Made by a program: the position numbers and the translations under genes. From positions 930,001 through 994,000 of the forward strand of contig JBNJNM010000015.1 in assembly GCA_052426225.1 (NCBI GenBank): 64,000 nucleotides of DNA, given 5' to 3'. The notes below the pieces were generated by a model, which saw only the letters and a list, made by a program, of their open reading frames with translations, was not told where the DNA came from and made no database searches. This DNA is from Zancudomyces culisetae HAW-14-8. Lineage: Eukaryota; Fungi; Kickxellomycota. Position 1 is the stretch's first letter. Every line of letters starts with the position of its first letter. This document shows positions 53,250 through 64,000 of the stretch, piece after piece.

Positions 53250-54346
53250 CTAACGGGTTTGACACCTGAGTTACAGGGATCAAAAATTGGATGAGGAGGT
53301 GTTGGAAAATACACCCGGTGAACTACTAAGCAACAGAGTCAAGATTGAAATGTACCAACCGGAGAGGTAAGAAAAACTGAGGAGACACTCGAGATAAACA
53401 ACAGGCTGAGCAGATCGACATGCATGAGGAGATTGCGAGAAGAATTAAATATAACAGATATTTACAGTAGAACGACCAGAGCTAGAGACAGAGCATTCCA
53501 CAAATGGAGTGGCATGAAAACATGGATAGCAGATTTAATACAGAATCCCTTCAAACACTCGAAGGACACTTGGGTCACAGGGTACACAAGGTGGTCTAAC
53601 AGATTCAACAGGATCAAGATTGATAATGTACCAACCGGAGAGGTAAGAAAAACTAAGGAGACACTCGAGATAAACAACAGGCTGAAAGACAAGTCGAATA
53701 TTACAAAGTGGATAAAGGAAGTTGGAGCAGGCCGACAAAGGAACTGGGTCGACTTACAAGCGGCTTTTCCACAGTACATGAAACACATTCTTTTCGTAGG
53801 TCGAATTCGAATAGGTCAATTTTGGACCGCCACGAGATTAGCAAATTCGGGTTTTATAGATCCAGATTACAAAGCCAAATGTCCGTTCTGTAAGAAAGAA
53901 GAAAAAGAAACAGTTGAGCATTACTTATTAGATTGCAGTAGATGGGACGAAATTAGGAAGGATTTACTTACTGAATTTATAGATTTGTATAGTTCTTTTT
54001 TATCTAGCACGATTTCCGAATGTGTTGAGCTTCGCAGGAAAATCGTGGGTAAACTCCTGGGGGAGGAGTTAAAGCTCAAACTACCTGGGATCCTTCGGGA
54101 TCCAGACGCCACTTGCGTTAGAGCAGTGGTTTCCACAGCCCGGTTTCTTAACGAGACCTTTTTACCTCGCTACCTAGTGCTGAAAGACATTAGTGTAGTC
54201 CCACTCCCCTTGAACCAATGCCCATCGGGTACGGAGACTCTAGAGAGTCGAAGGGGGATAGGATGAGTTTAGATTATAGATTGTTTTTATTTTTTTTAGG
54301 AACTGTTTATCTTCTAAATAAATTTTTCTTCTACCGAAAAAAAAAA
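53250..54346 (+). mobile_element. 5'-truncated non-LTR retrotransposon: ORF2 C-terminus (53424-54266) with CCHC zinc finger, 3'UTR and poly(A)
   Basis: 'CPFCKKEEKETVEHYLLDC' is the LINE zf-RVT-type motif; A-run at 54337-54346; a second copy of the 3' end lies at 59.4 kb; no RT core in the window. Confidence 0.85.
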
Positions 54347-56740
54347 GAATTTGGTATTTTATATCCATCTTATTTTAAAGCTGTTTGTAGTCAAGCTTTT
54401 GAACCATAGTGTCATTGAAACAGGTATTTCACCTGTCTTGAATTGATTTAATTATAGTTATTTTATTATTATACAATCAAATGAGTCCCAAGTGTTTACA
54501 AAAGGAAATAAAAATTTTAGTTTTTTTACTGACCATAAAAACAAAAATATACAAACCAAGTACAATGTCATTATCCTTTTTTAAACATAATTATAAATAC
54601 TTATGATTATTTTCATTTTGTAGACAATATTATCTACTTTACTTTCGAGTTTTATGTGATTTTTTTATATAGTTTATAACAAAAAAAGTCATCTACAGCG
54701 CTTTGCCGTTTTTAGTGAAATATATATTATTTGCGTACATTAACACAAAACTTGAAAGTAGACTCCTGTGAGTTTAAATTACAGAATACTTTAACAATTC
54801 GTCTGTGTGCGCTCTGGAAATACTCCGAATTGCCTTAACTATATGGATTTTGTAAAATTTTGTGCGATGTTTAACCTTTGGTACTGATAAAATTTCATCG
54901 CAGTTCAGTTTGATTTTTTTCAAGCATTAATTTGTTTACAGTATTTTTTGATAAATATGTCACGTTGCGTCTTATACTGTATTCTTATTTATTTAAAATC
55001 ATTTTGTTATTCGACTACCTAACTATAACATTCTGTCTGTCAATTGTATTTTTTATGAATATTAAACTATGTTCTCCTAAAATGGGTTTTTCTTATTTTC
55101 CTTATCTCTTCATTGTTTCTTGGTGACATCCAACTTGCGTTGGTTATAATTATCGTGAACTATTATTTGGCTATAAGTGCAATGTGAAAAGTCGATGAAT
55201 TAGGTTTCAGAAAATTGTAATCATTCGCACTCTAACTTGTACGTGATATCATCAATTTGATTATATTTACAAACCTTCAAATTGGGAATCATTGAGCTTC
55301 CAAATCATTTTGACCAAGCTGGGTCAGTTGTTACCTCCATGCTTTAATGGGTACACATGCCTTTTAATTTTATCTTCGATATTCAGTTTTCCTAATTGAT
55401 TCCATCTAAACTATCAAAAAAATACTATTGGTTTTGTGTTGACGACAATTAGGTTAGATTAGTGTGATGTGAGATTGAGAATTGTACCATTTCTTTAAGT
55501 TTATTTTTTACAATGCATTTTTGCACATTTTTGAAAGGTGTTTTCTCAATCTGAGTGAATTGATCACTCCTTGATGTAAGCTAAAGTATTATTTACTTTG
55601 ACCTCACCTTCTCAATCATTTGTGACTTTTTGTCCTTTTTAATATAAAAAATCTTCCATACATGATTCTGGTGAACCATCAAACTACTTTTGGTCCTATT
55701 GAATTCAATCCTGAATCGTTGTTACTTTACAGTTTAAATAATTTACATTTCTTGATATGCAATAGGCTTTATTTTCCTTGCCCTTTTCCAAAAAAATAAA
55801 TGCTTTTCCAAGAGTAGAGGTTTTGTCGGCTTCGCCAGCCTTTAAACGGTCAAACTGGTCAGTCTGTAAAAATATTCGATTAAAGAGTTATCGGGCTTCA
55901 TCAATGTCAAAAAAGATAACGAAAATTGTACAGAATACTTGCAGAACTGATATACTATAATTAGAGTACACAGTAGTTTTTTTTAAAAGATATTCCATAT
56001 CGCTTTTCTTAATACTGACACAAATAGGTGGTTGAAAAGTTAGGGATACATATATATATAATGTTATAACATTATCCTTATTTACTAATTTTAAACTCGG
56101 ATTTTTTACAGTGAGAAATAGCAAAACACTTTTCTTGCTCCTATTAGATCTTCACATTTATTCATTTATCTTTCTCTATTACATTTTTAAAAAATGGATA
56201 TTCATACTTGATAATACATACTATAGGTTAATTTAAGTAATCAATATATACCAAACATGGCACAAACAATTGATGGTAGCCATACTGTACAGGTACAAAT
56301 AACACTACAACATTTAAATGGAAGTGGTTTGATTGAAATGTATTGAAGGATTTTGTAAATCAGATGATTTTATAAATAGAAAGAATTTTCACATACTCTT
56401 TAGTTAACACCCAAACTTAATGTGGCTTTTGTAATGAATTTTTATAAAAATGATATACAATATAATACTAATAGTAAATTTTTTCTATACAACTTTTTAA
56501 ATTGTGCTAGGCTACTGAATAAACAAACACTTTAATAATAAAAATATTTTATACAACAAAAAGAAAAAAGATGTTATAAAAGCAATTAAAAAATGCTATC
56601 TTCAATCTGCACTTTAAACAGAAAGGTATCCTAATAGCTCTAGGCTTCACATCAGTGATATCTTATTAAATTGATAGAGAGTATTTTTTTTTACAAAACT
56701 TTCTAGTAGGTATATAGACAACAGCAGTTAAAGAGGAGTG

Positions 56741-58429
56741 ATGGGTGGGATGAAAAGATCAGTTCTGGGGTTGGGTTTTTACATACACGACTATATTCTG
56801 AGTGTATTATTTTCAATACAGTTTGTTGATGACTTTGTGTTTTTTGTAACAGAGAGCGAATATAGACACATACTGACAAATCTTATTTATCTACCATTAT
56901 TGGTGTGTGATATAAAATGGCTATTAAAATACGTCGTCTCGGATCAATGGCTACAAGAAATGCTGGTTTTTATTAAGAACTTAGTTTTGCCTTTTCTTTA
57001 CTTCTACCAAATATCAGGAACAATCAAAAAAATTTTAAAGGAACTAGCCGTGCCCTATGGTTTAAAAAAAGTAAAATGTATAGAGGCAAGTGTTAACAGT
57101 AACTCTTCGAAGGGGTACAAAGGCAAAAGTAAGGTTTACGGGAAGCACATGAATCAAACTATACGCAGAGTTAATTTGAAAAAGGGAAGATCTGTTTTGG
57201 TTGGTGGGCGGTTTTCATCAGAATATGTAAAGCATCCAGAAACAACATTCAATAAAAATCGGGCTTTTCTAAGAAACCACCACAAATACACAATATTAAC
57301 CAGAGGAATGAATGTGAGCGATATCCTATACAGAAGATATTTGCTACATTTTCTTTCGTATGTTGATTTAAAAGAATCGATGGAAGCAATCCAACCGACC
57401 CTGGAACGTGTAATCAGGAAAGAGATTATATCCTCTGGAAACGTGTATAATGGAAATGAAGTTGTGGTCAACAATTTGTATGAAACAGTAAAAAATATGG
57501 TTAGGTTTGCTATAGTATTTAGGTTTTTTGGCCCATACGCAATAAGGGACAAGGATTTGATTGAAAGCTTAAAAAAGGCAACGAAATCGACCACTCTTGG
57601 AGACGTCAGTGATCAAGAGTTTTTTTCAGCACTGTTTACTGCGGGATATTTGGGCAATAACTACATTTTTGAATATTTTGAACTTGAATCAAGCCGCAGA
57701 AGATATCTGCCCGAATATAGTAAACCAACTGATATAATACAATTTTTTACAGATAATTTTAGCATTTTTCAATCAGAAGTAGCGAATGTAGCGTATTGCA
57801 TACAAATGGCTGTATCACTTGGTGCGGAAGTGACATCAAGGCGGATATTCAACCTATTAGTAGAACTTAGTTTAAGGCCTGATGTTTACAAAGAGTTGCT
57901 GCAGGAGCAAAATGAGCTTATTGAAAAAAATGGTGGTAACAATCATATTCCATTTGAGATGTTGGACGAAATGGTGTACTTGGATGCGTTCATTAAAGAA
58001 ACGATCAGGCTTTCGGGATCGGATCCATTTATGCCCCGTTGTACGACTCAGGAAGTAGTGATGTCCAATGGGGTGACCATTTCTAAACATCAATATGTGA
58101 GTTTTAACATTCAAGCGCATAATAGGGATCCCAAAATATTTGGACCAAATGCGAATGAATTCGACTACAAGCGACACATTCGTCTTGGTCTGAAGCTAAC
58201 TGATGCTTCGCTGGCTAATTTAATGTGGGGTGCTGGCAATCGGGTCTGTTTAGCAAGATTGTATGCTGCTGCACTTATGAAGCTGATGTTGGCGATGATC
58301 ATTAGAAAATACGAGGTGCATGCCAATTATTCAGTTAAAAAAAATAAACATGGACAAGCCGCATTCTCTCACTATACATCCCTTAGCGATTTTTGCATAA
58401 ACAAGGGATTGTACTTTAAGATTCGTTAA
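56741..58429 (+). CDS. Cytochrome P450, divergent
   Basis: ExxR (ETIR), 'HNRDPKIFGPNANEFDYKRH' meander, heme Cys in 'WGAGNRVCLA'. Confidence 0.85.
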   Translation: MGGMKRSVLGLGFYIHDYILSVLFSIQFVDDFVFFVTESEYRHILTNLIYLPLLVCDIKWLLKYVVSDQWLQEMLVFIKNLVLPFLYFYQISGTIKKILKELAVPYGLKKVKCIEASVNSNSSKGYKGKSKVYGKHMNQTIRRVNLKKGRSVLVGGRFSSEYVKHPETTFNKNRAFLRNHHKYTILTRGMNVSDILYRRYLLHFLSYVDLKESMEAIQPTLERVIRKEIISSGNVYNGNEVVVNNLYETVKNMVRFAIVFRFFGPYAIRDKDLIESLKKATKSTTLGDVSDQEFFSALFTAGYLGNNYIFEYFELESSRRRYLPEYSKPTDIIQFFTDNFSIFQSEVANVAYCIQMAVSLGAEVTSRRIFNLLVELSLRPDVYKELLQEQNELIEKNGGNNHIPFEMLDEMVYLDAFIKETIRLSGSDPFMPRCTTQEVVMSNGVTISKHQYVSFNIQAHNRDPKIFGPNANEFDYKRHIRLGLKLTDASLANLMWGAGNRVCLARLYAAALMKLMLAMIIRKYEVHANYSVKKNKHGQAAFSHYTSLSDFCINKGLYFKIR

Positions 58430-59377
58430 TATTGTAGTGCATTGCATATTGTTTTATTACTTTGATCAACAGTTATTTAAATTAAGGGTAATCAATGTGA
58501 TTTCAATCTCTAGAAAAAAAATATGAGAATAATGCAAAGAAAAGAGGAGAAAAGAAAAAAAATGTGGAAAAAAAAGAAACGGTAAAAATAATAATGCGTA
58601 ATGAACAATGTATCAAGCTTTACTTTAATTTAATTAAGTATTTTTTTGATTTCTATAGACAACAAAAAATATTTGTTGATAAAAGGGTAACAATGTTACT
58701 AGATATAAATCCTTCACTAATTACAAAAGCAGTTGAAACTGATAAAACGAAAATTTAACCGCCACAAAAACAGAATAATATTTACTTGTAAAAAATATCA
58801 AACAATACAATACATCTTGCTTCAAAAGAACAAAAACTGGTGATTTTAAGATATGTTTGCTAATCTAAATTTTTTTAGAAAATAAACTAGTGCTTTGAAA
58901 AATGGAATAAGTAAAAATCAGAAAAATTAAAAAAATAAACCTGATCATTCCTACAATATATGTTCAATAAAAAATGAAAGATATGAATTTGATTATCTTT
59001 TATCGAATGAAATTCAAGAATACTATGCCTGCAGGCAATCGACTTGCATGAGAAGTCTGTGAGGCTGAATAGTAATAGATACCTATAGTGAAGTTGAAAA
59101 AACTGACACTAGGTAATATTAGTTTGTTCGAAATTGGTATTTTATTCAGAATAATATTACTTTATATATAACTTGTTAATACCAACTAAATAAGCAATCT
59201 AATATTTGTAACTTGGTAATTCTGTAATAATAAATGTATTATATTATAATTTTTAGTTTGAGTTAGTAATATTACAAGTAAATGGCTATTAAACAAACAA
59301 AAGGTTCCACTTAAATAAATTTTTTGAACATCATTGTTGTAATACTAATTCAAAATCTTATGATGACATATTCATGG

Positions 59378-59530
59378 CATTGACGTAGTCCCACTCCCCT
59401 TGAACCAATGCTTATCGAGTACGAAGACTCTAGAGAGTCGAAGGGGAATATGATGAATTTAGATTATAGATTGTTTTTTTAGAAAGTTTTAAATTCTAAA
59501 TAAATTTCTTTTCTAACAATAAGAAAGAAA
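59378..59530 (+). mobile_element. Short 3'-end copy of the same non-LTR element
   Basis: gtagtcccactccccttgaaccaatgc...gactctagagagtcgaagggg...ttagattatagattgttttt matches about 54195-54345 with scattered substitutions. Confidence 0.9.
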
Positions 59531-60005
59531 TAAAATGAGCTGGAGATACTAATGCCAGAGCCCAGCATGGTTAATTTGTGTAAAAAAAGGCTATTATAGC
59601 TATCTCATAAAAATTCGAATGACTAAAAAATGTAATTGAGTATAAAACGCTATGTTTTCTAAAAAGTAGCGAATAGCAGAATCAGCGCAACTAGAAAATA
59701 AGAGTTAGAGAGAGGAGAAATGGCAGCGGAAAATCTCGTGACAGGATATAAAGCAGTTAGGAAAAAAAACTCATTAAAATATTAAGATCCATTTTTGCTA
59801 TTGGGCAGCAGGATGGGTTTTGTAAATACAATTTTAATGAATATAACGAAAAATGATAAGTGTATCTAAATGATTTATAATCATATATTCTTGAGTATAG
59901 GCAAAAGTAACTCGGATGTGTAATGCACTTTTTCAAGTGTATAAGTTCCTGTTTTTTAATAAAATATCATCCGAGTCTTGAGTATGTACAAAGAAAACTG
60001 GCACC

Positions 60006-60023
60006 TATAAATAAGTATAAATA
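60006..60023 (+). promoter_or_regulatory. Tandem TATA boxes of the metallothionein gene
   Basis: tataaata at 60006 and 60016, about 140-160 nt upstream of the ATG. Confidence 0.6.
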
Positions 60024-60163
60024 GTCCACGACTTTTCTCAAAAAAGACAAGAAAATATCAATCATAAAACCACCTAGTATTCCATACTAAATACAAAAAG
60101 AAAGCAATAATACCAATAAGGTTGACTAATAAACCAATACAAACTAGAATAAATAAATCAAAG

Positions 60164-60559
60164 ATGAGTTCATGCGACAAAAAGGCCTGCTACAACAAAG
60201 ATATTGGAGAGTGCAGAGATACGCCCGGGGGTCGGTGTTCATGTGAGGCTGGAAATTGTGAATGCTGCTGCAAAAAGGGACAAGGTTGTTCAGCCACCTC
60301 TGAAGGAAAATGTTGTTGTGAATCTGAAAAGTGCAATTGTGCTGAAAATAAGGAGGCTGGTGTCTCCTGTAGGTGTTCAGTAGGTAAAAAGTGTATCTGC
60401 AGGGAGGATGAGTGCAAGTGTGAAGGAAAAAGTATATGTCAGTGCAGAGATGGTAAAGGTTGTACATGTGGAGGACCATGTAAATGTGAACAAGCAACCT
60501 GTGAATGCAAGGGGGATAAAGGCGAGATATGCCACTGTGAATCTGGATGTAAATGCTAA
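60164..60559 (+). CDS. Long metallothionein-like protein, 131 aa, 33 Cys
   Basis: Repeated CxC pairs, two CCC triplets, K/E/G-rich, almost no aromatic residues. Confidence 0.85.
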   Translation: MSSCDKKACYNKDIGECRDTPGGRCSCEAGNCECCCKKGQGCSATSEGKCCCESEKCNCAENKEAGVSCRCSVGKKCICREDECKCEGKSICQCRDGKGCTCGGPCKCEQATCECKGDKGEICHCESGCKC

Positions 60560-61210
60560 GAATTAGTGGAGTAGTCGTACTGTATGTCTCACAGTACGTA
60601 TTTGTAGTTGGGATAATCACTACTTTTAATTTGGTATCATTGACAGATTCATAATTTTTTCTAACTATTGAGAAAAACAGACAGTTAGAAATAAAACCAA
60701 GACCATTTTACTCTGAGCTCTTGATATTTTTTGTTTATTATTTATTAGCATACTCTTGCATTTTACCTTAACATGTGTAGTATTATAGTTTTAGGGTTAT
60801 TCTATTCTCCAGAAATAAATAAATAAGTATTATAACTAATATGTTTTGAAATATGTTAGTGTTAAATTGTGACAATTTTGATTCATTAAGAATAAAAGAT
60901 CTCAACAATAGTCTGTCAAATGATAATAACCAAAAATACTAAAATCGATAAACTCGCGTTGGATAACATATTTTCATTCAATACCTAGTTGTGTACACCC
61001 ATCACCTCAACTTGACTATACCAGAAACCTCGATCAAAAGTGTTTTCAGTAAAGTGTAATAATTTTAGATTATTAGCATAAACAAATAAGAACGATATTT
61101 ATATTCAAATAAGATCTAGGATCTAGACTCTCTTGGTTGCTCTGCTCCATGATAAAGAATGTGCTGTGCCAAAATAATATTATCGGATTGACTTTGAACG
61201 AAGTAGCCTC

Positions 61211-61362
61211 CTTGAACCTACTTTTGTTGGGGCATGGGGCCCTTTCAGAGTTGTGTCGTGGCCTACAGTAGTAGTTCTCGATAATAAATATTAACGTAGA
61301 TTGGATAACTCACAGGGAGTCAGAGATATGGAAAGTAGCAAGATAAAAACTTGAAAAAGGAG
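61211..61362 (+). pseudogene. Possible relic of an LTR-retrotransposon integrase C-terminus (GPY/F module)
   Basis: Translates LEPTFVGAWGPFRVV; a purine tract gaaaaaggag follows; no surrounding ORF. Confidence 0.3.
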
Positions 61363-62082
61363 TTAGATAGTTAGTATTTTTAGCAGTAAGTTATTAGGTT
61401 TAATTAAAAAGGAGATATCAAATAAAGTTACAATATTAAGTCGCAACATGACAGTTGCTAAAATTTTGTTGGGTAAATATTATGTGAAATTATAACTTTT
61501 TCATCTAGTTTAGGTGATAATATTAATTTTTCATATAGCTTAGGTGATATTTGATAAATTTGCTGAACTAACAACAAAAATTATGTAATACACATCTACG
61601 TATTAAACTAACTGGAAAAAATGACATCTAACAAAAAATAGTTACCGGACAAAAAATATTAAAAAAGTATTACGATTTGATTGATTTGGAATTACTAAAG
61701 ACCAGTGAAATATACTCTAATATTGAGCAAACATTTATAAAAGCAAATTAAATTAAGCTAAATCTAGATTAAAGTCTGATTTAAAAATATCTACTGTATT
61801 TGATGAGTGTTCCAACATTTATATTAGTGCAAAGTTACCCATAAATTCGGATTTTTTGTATACTTTACTTTTTTTAAAAAAATAAAGCAGTGTTGTCGCA
61901 ACGTGTAGCCTCGAATAATCAAGCGTAATTCAATATTCAAGATAAGTTCTAACCAGCTCCAAATATATAGTATAGGATTGGTAATTGTTATTGAACGTCC
62001 TTTATTCAAAAAAGTGAAAAAAATATTATCTATTCACGGCACAGGTTAAGTAGCAGCTATCGAGGCTAATAGATATTTTACC

Positions 62083-64000
62083 ATGAAAAGTATTATTACA
62101 CATACAGGCTGTAACCAGACACTGGATAGACTTCCATATAATATTCTGTCAACAATATTCTTATTGTCAGGGAATGAACAGGTGGCATTCGTATCACGAT
62201 CAATGTATGAAGCCTCGAAGAACACCAGGATGATAACGGCATATGCTTTTAAAAAATATGGCAATGAACGCACAGTAGCAGCGATACATGAGTCCGGAGA
62301 TACGTTTTACAAACGTTTTCTAAGAAACAAAGAGACACTTATCACCCTTATAACCAAAAGCTCATTAAATAACTATGCGCTCCTATTTCGACTTGGTGTA
62401 CAATATAAAATGGAAGATATGCTTGTGATGTTGCTCGAGATTCACAAAGTCGTAGATTCGTCGTTTTACTCGACTCATTGTGATGGAGCTTTTAAGTTTG
62501 GTGACACTATTGTGGAATTTGACGATGATCCTAGGTTGTTTTATGAAACCTATTTAAATGGATACATCATGTACAATCCTAGTGTGTTTATGGTTGTTGA
62601 CAGGCATTTCCCATTCGTTCGACATTTTGGAGGATACTATGGTCACCCATCAAATAAGTTCGTTCCGAGCTATGATACATGCTATTATATGTACACCTTT
62701 TTAATCACACTCAAAGATAAAAAACTTCAGGTTTCCCTGCCCGATGGACAAATAGTAGAGCGACCATATAATGAACTGAAGTTTTATATTAATCTTCTTT
62801 TGACATTTGTCCATTTCTCACTCAAAAGGGGAGGAGTCGGTGTCGCAAAAATGTTTATCGAAGATGATTTAACGATTACTAAAAATCTTGCATCGCATTT
62901 GAGTTACTTTTTTACTAGAGTACAACACAGCATTAGTTTATTCAGCCCGAAAATAGTAAATCCATTCATGGAGATGCCCTTGAAAGATTTCACAATAGGT
63001 AATGTCAAAAGTGATGAAGAAAGCGGTTTACACGACATTTTTTTTACCACTAGGCCCAGAGTTGGATATGTATTGGCACCCTCTTTTTTTGCAAAAGATT
63101 TAAAAGTGTCGCTTGTACTGGTTAGTGTACGACTAAAAAACCAGAAAATCATGAAATTTATCCTAGAAAGAGGGCTCGAAAACTACCAAGCCGCGTTTCT
63201 AGCTCTCCGAGCAATAGCGGAAAAGGATAAGGCCCTGTTAATACGAGTATTAGAAATGAGCAAGATTGATATTAATCTGATTAACGAAAAAATCATTTCC
63301 CTCTGTCGTCGCACTATTCTAGGCAAGTCTGAAAAGGCAATCGATATTACAAAGACCCTTATAAACGTGTATGGACTTGAGATGAGCAACTTTGGCTATT
63401 TAATTCTTCAGGCAGCAGTATCAACAAAAAACTTTGAGCTTGTAAGCTATTTAACAGAAAAAAAGAGTAAATATGATGAAGCAGGAGAGCTAAAGAAAGG
63501 AACGGATTTTAGCTATAATCAGCGCTATAAAGCTGTACTGGTTGACCTACGTGAGATTAAATATAATGGATTGAGTGACACATCCAATGCTTCAAAATAT
63601 AGCGCCGAGATGATCAAATTCCTCATTAACCGCGGTGCAAACCCAACAGCTAACAATTATGAAGTCTTGCTAAGAGTAATTAGAAAGGAGGATTATAGTA
63701 CGCTGGAATTTTTGCTAAAAAATGGAATAAACCTCCAAAAGTGTCCTCCAAGATACAATGGAATGAAAACAGCCTCGCTGTATTGTAACAATAAATTAAA
63801 AATGATAAAATTTCTGGTTGAAAACGGTGCGGATCCGGTAGTCTGCAAAAACATAGCATTGAAATGTGCATGTAGAAGTAATGATTATGAATTGGTAAAG
63901 TACTTGCTTTCAAACGGTGTTAGTCCCAGGTTTAGTGCTGGAAACGGGCTCAAAGAACTTTGTAGTGGTAAGCGATGGGATGGTAAGATTTTCCGTGCCT
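62083..64000 (+). CDS. F-box-like N-terminus plus ankyrin-repeat protein; partial, runs off the window
   Basis: Manual translation has no stop from ATG 62083 to the end; 'LDRLPYNILSTIFLLSGNEQVAFVSRSMY', then 'MIKFLINRGANP', 'MIKFLVENGADP', 'ALKCACRSNDYELVKYLLSNG'. Confidence 0.85.
   Translation, partial: MKSIITHTGCNQTLDRLPYNILSTIFLLSGNEQVAFVSRSMYEASKNTRMITAYAFKKYGNERTVAAIHESGDTFYKRFLRNKETLITLITKSSLNNYALLFRLGVQYKMEDMLVMLLEIHKVVDSSFYSTHCDGAFKFGDTIVEFDDDPRLFYETYLNGYIMYNPSVFMVVDRHFPFVRHFGGYYGHPSNKFVPSYDTCYYMYTFLITLKDKKLQVSLPDGQIVERPYNELKFYINLLLTFVHFSLKRGGVGVAKMFIEDDLTITKNLASHLSYFFTRVQHSISLFSPKIVNPFMEMPLKDFTIGNVKSDEESGLHDIFFTTRPRVGYVLAPSFFAKDLKVSLVLVSVRLKNQKIMKFILERGLENYQAAFLALRAIAEKDKALLIRVLEMSKIDINLINEKIISLCRRTILGKSEKAIDITKTLINVYGLEMSNFGYLILQAAVSTKNFELVSYLTEKKSKYDEAGELKKGTDFSYNQRYKAVLVDLREIKYNGLSDTSNASKYSAEMIKFLINRGANPTANNYEVLLRVIRKEDYSTLEFLLKNGINLQKCPPRYNGMKTASLYCNNKLKMIKFLVENGADPVVCKNIALKCACRSNDYELVKYLLSNGVSPRFSAGNGLKELCSGKRWDGKIFRA

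Overview
Eukaryotic fungal genomic DNA: AT-rich intergenic regions, short GT-AG introns, and PMT2, GUP1 and a complex I subunit. It most resembles an early-diverging Kickxellomycotina/Harpellales insect-gut fungus, but that taxon is an inference. Bases 1-53.1 kb hold mostly housekeeping genes: RPC82, PMT2, an MCT-type MFS, LMW-PTP, CBR1, TFIIIA, THOC1, NDUFB3, GUP1, ubiquitin-S27a, a GCIP-like protein, endosulfine Igo1, COQ6, TKL1, a LisH/CTLH/CRA protein and RPS0. Several of these are spliced or too short to appear intact in the ORF track and were rebuilt by hand. The same span contains a few orphans, including a predicted secreted protein with about 150 residues of strict Asn-X dipeptide repeat. 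Bases 53.2-64 kb are accessory: non-LTR retrotransposon 3' fragments, an atypical P450, a 131-aa 33-Cys metallothionein, and an F-box-like/ankyrin protein that runs off the window. Main highlights: (1) the ubiquitin moiety of the S27a fusion has the animal sequence (P19/E24/A28) on a fungal-type tail; (2) a long, structured 5'-UTR intron of RPS0 contains a kink-turn; (3) G/C strand skew flips every few kb, even inside genes; (4) the Asn-X repeat protein; (5) the long metallothionein with a symmetric promoter element.
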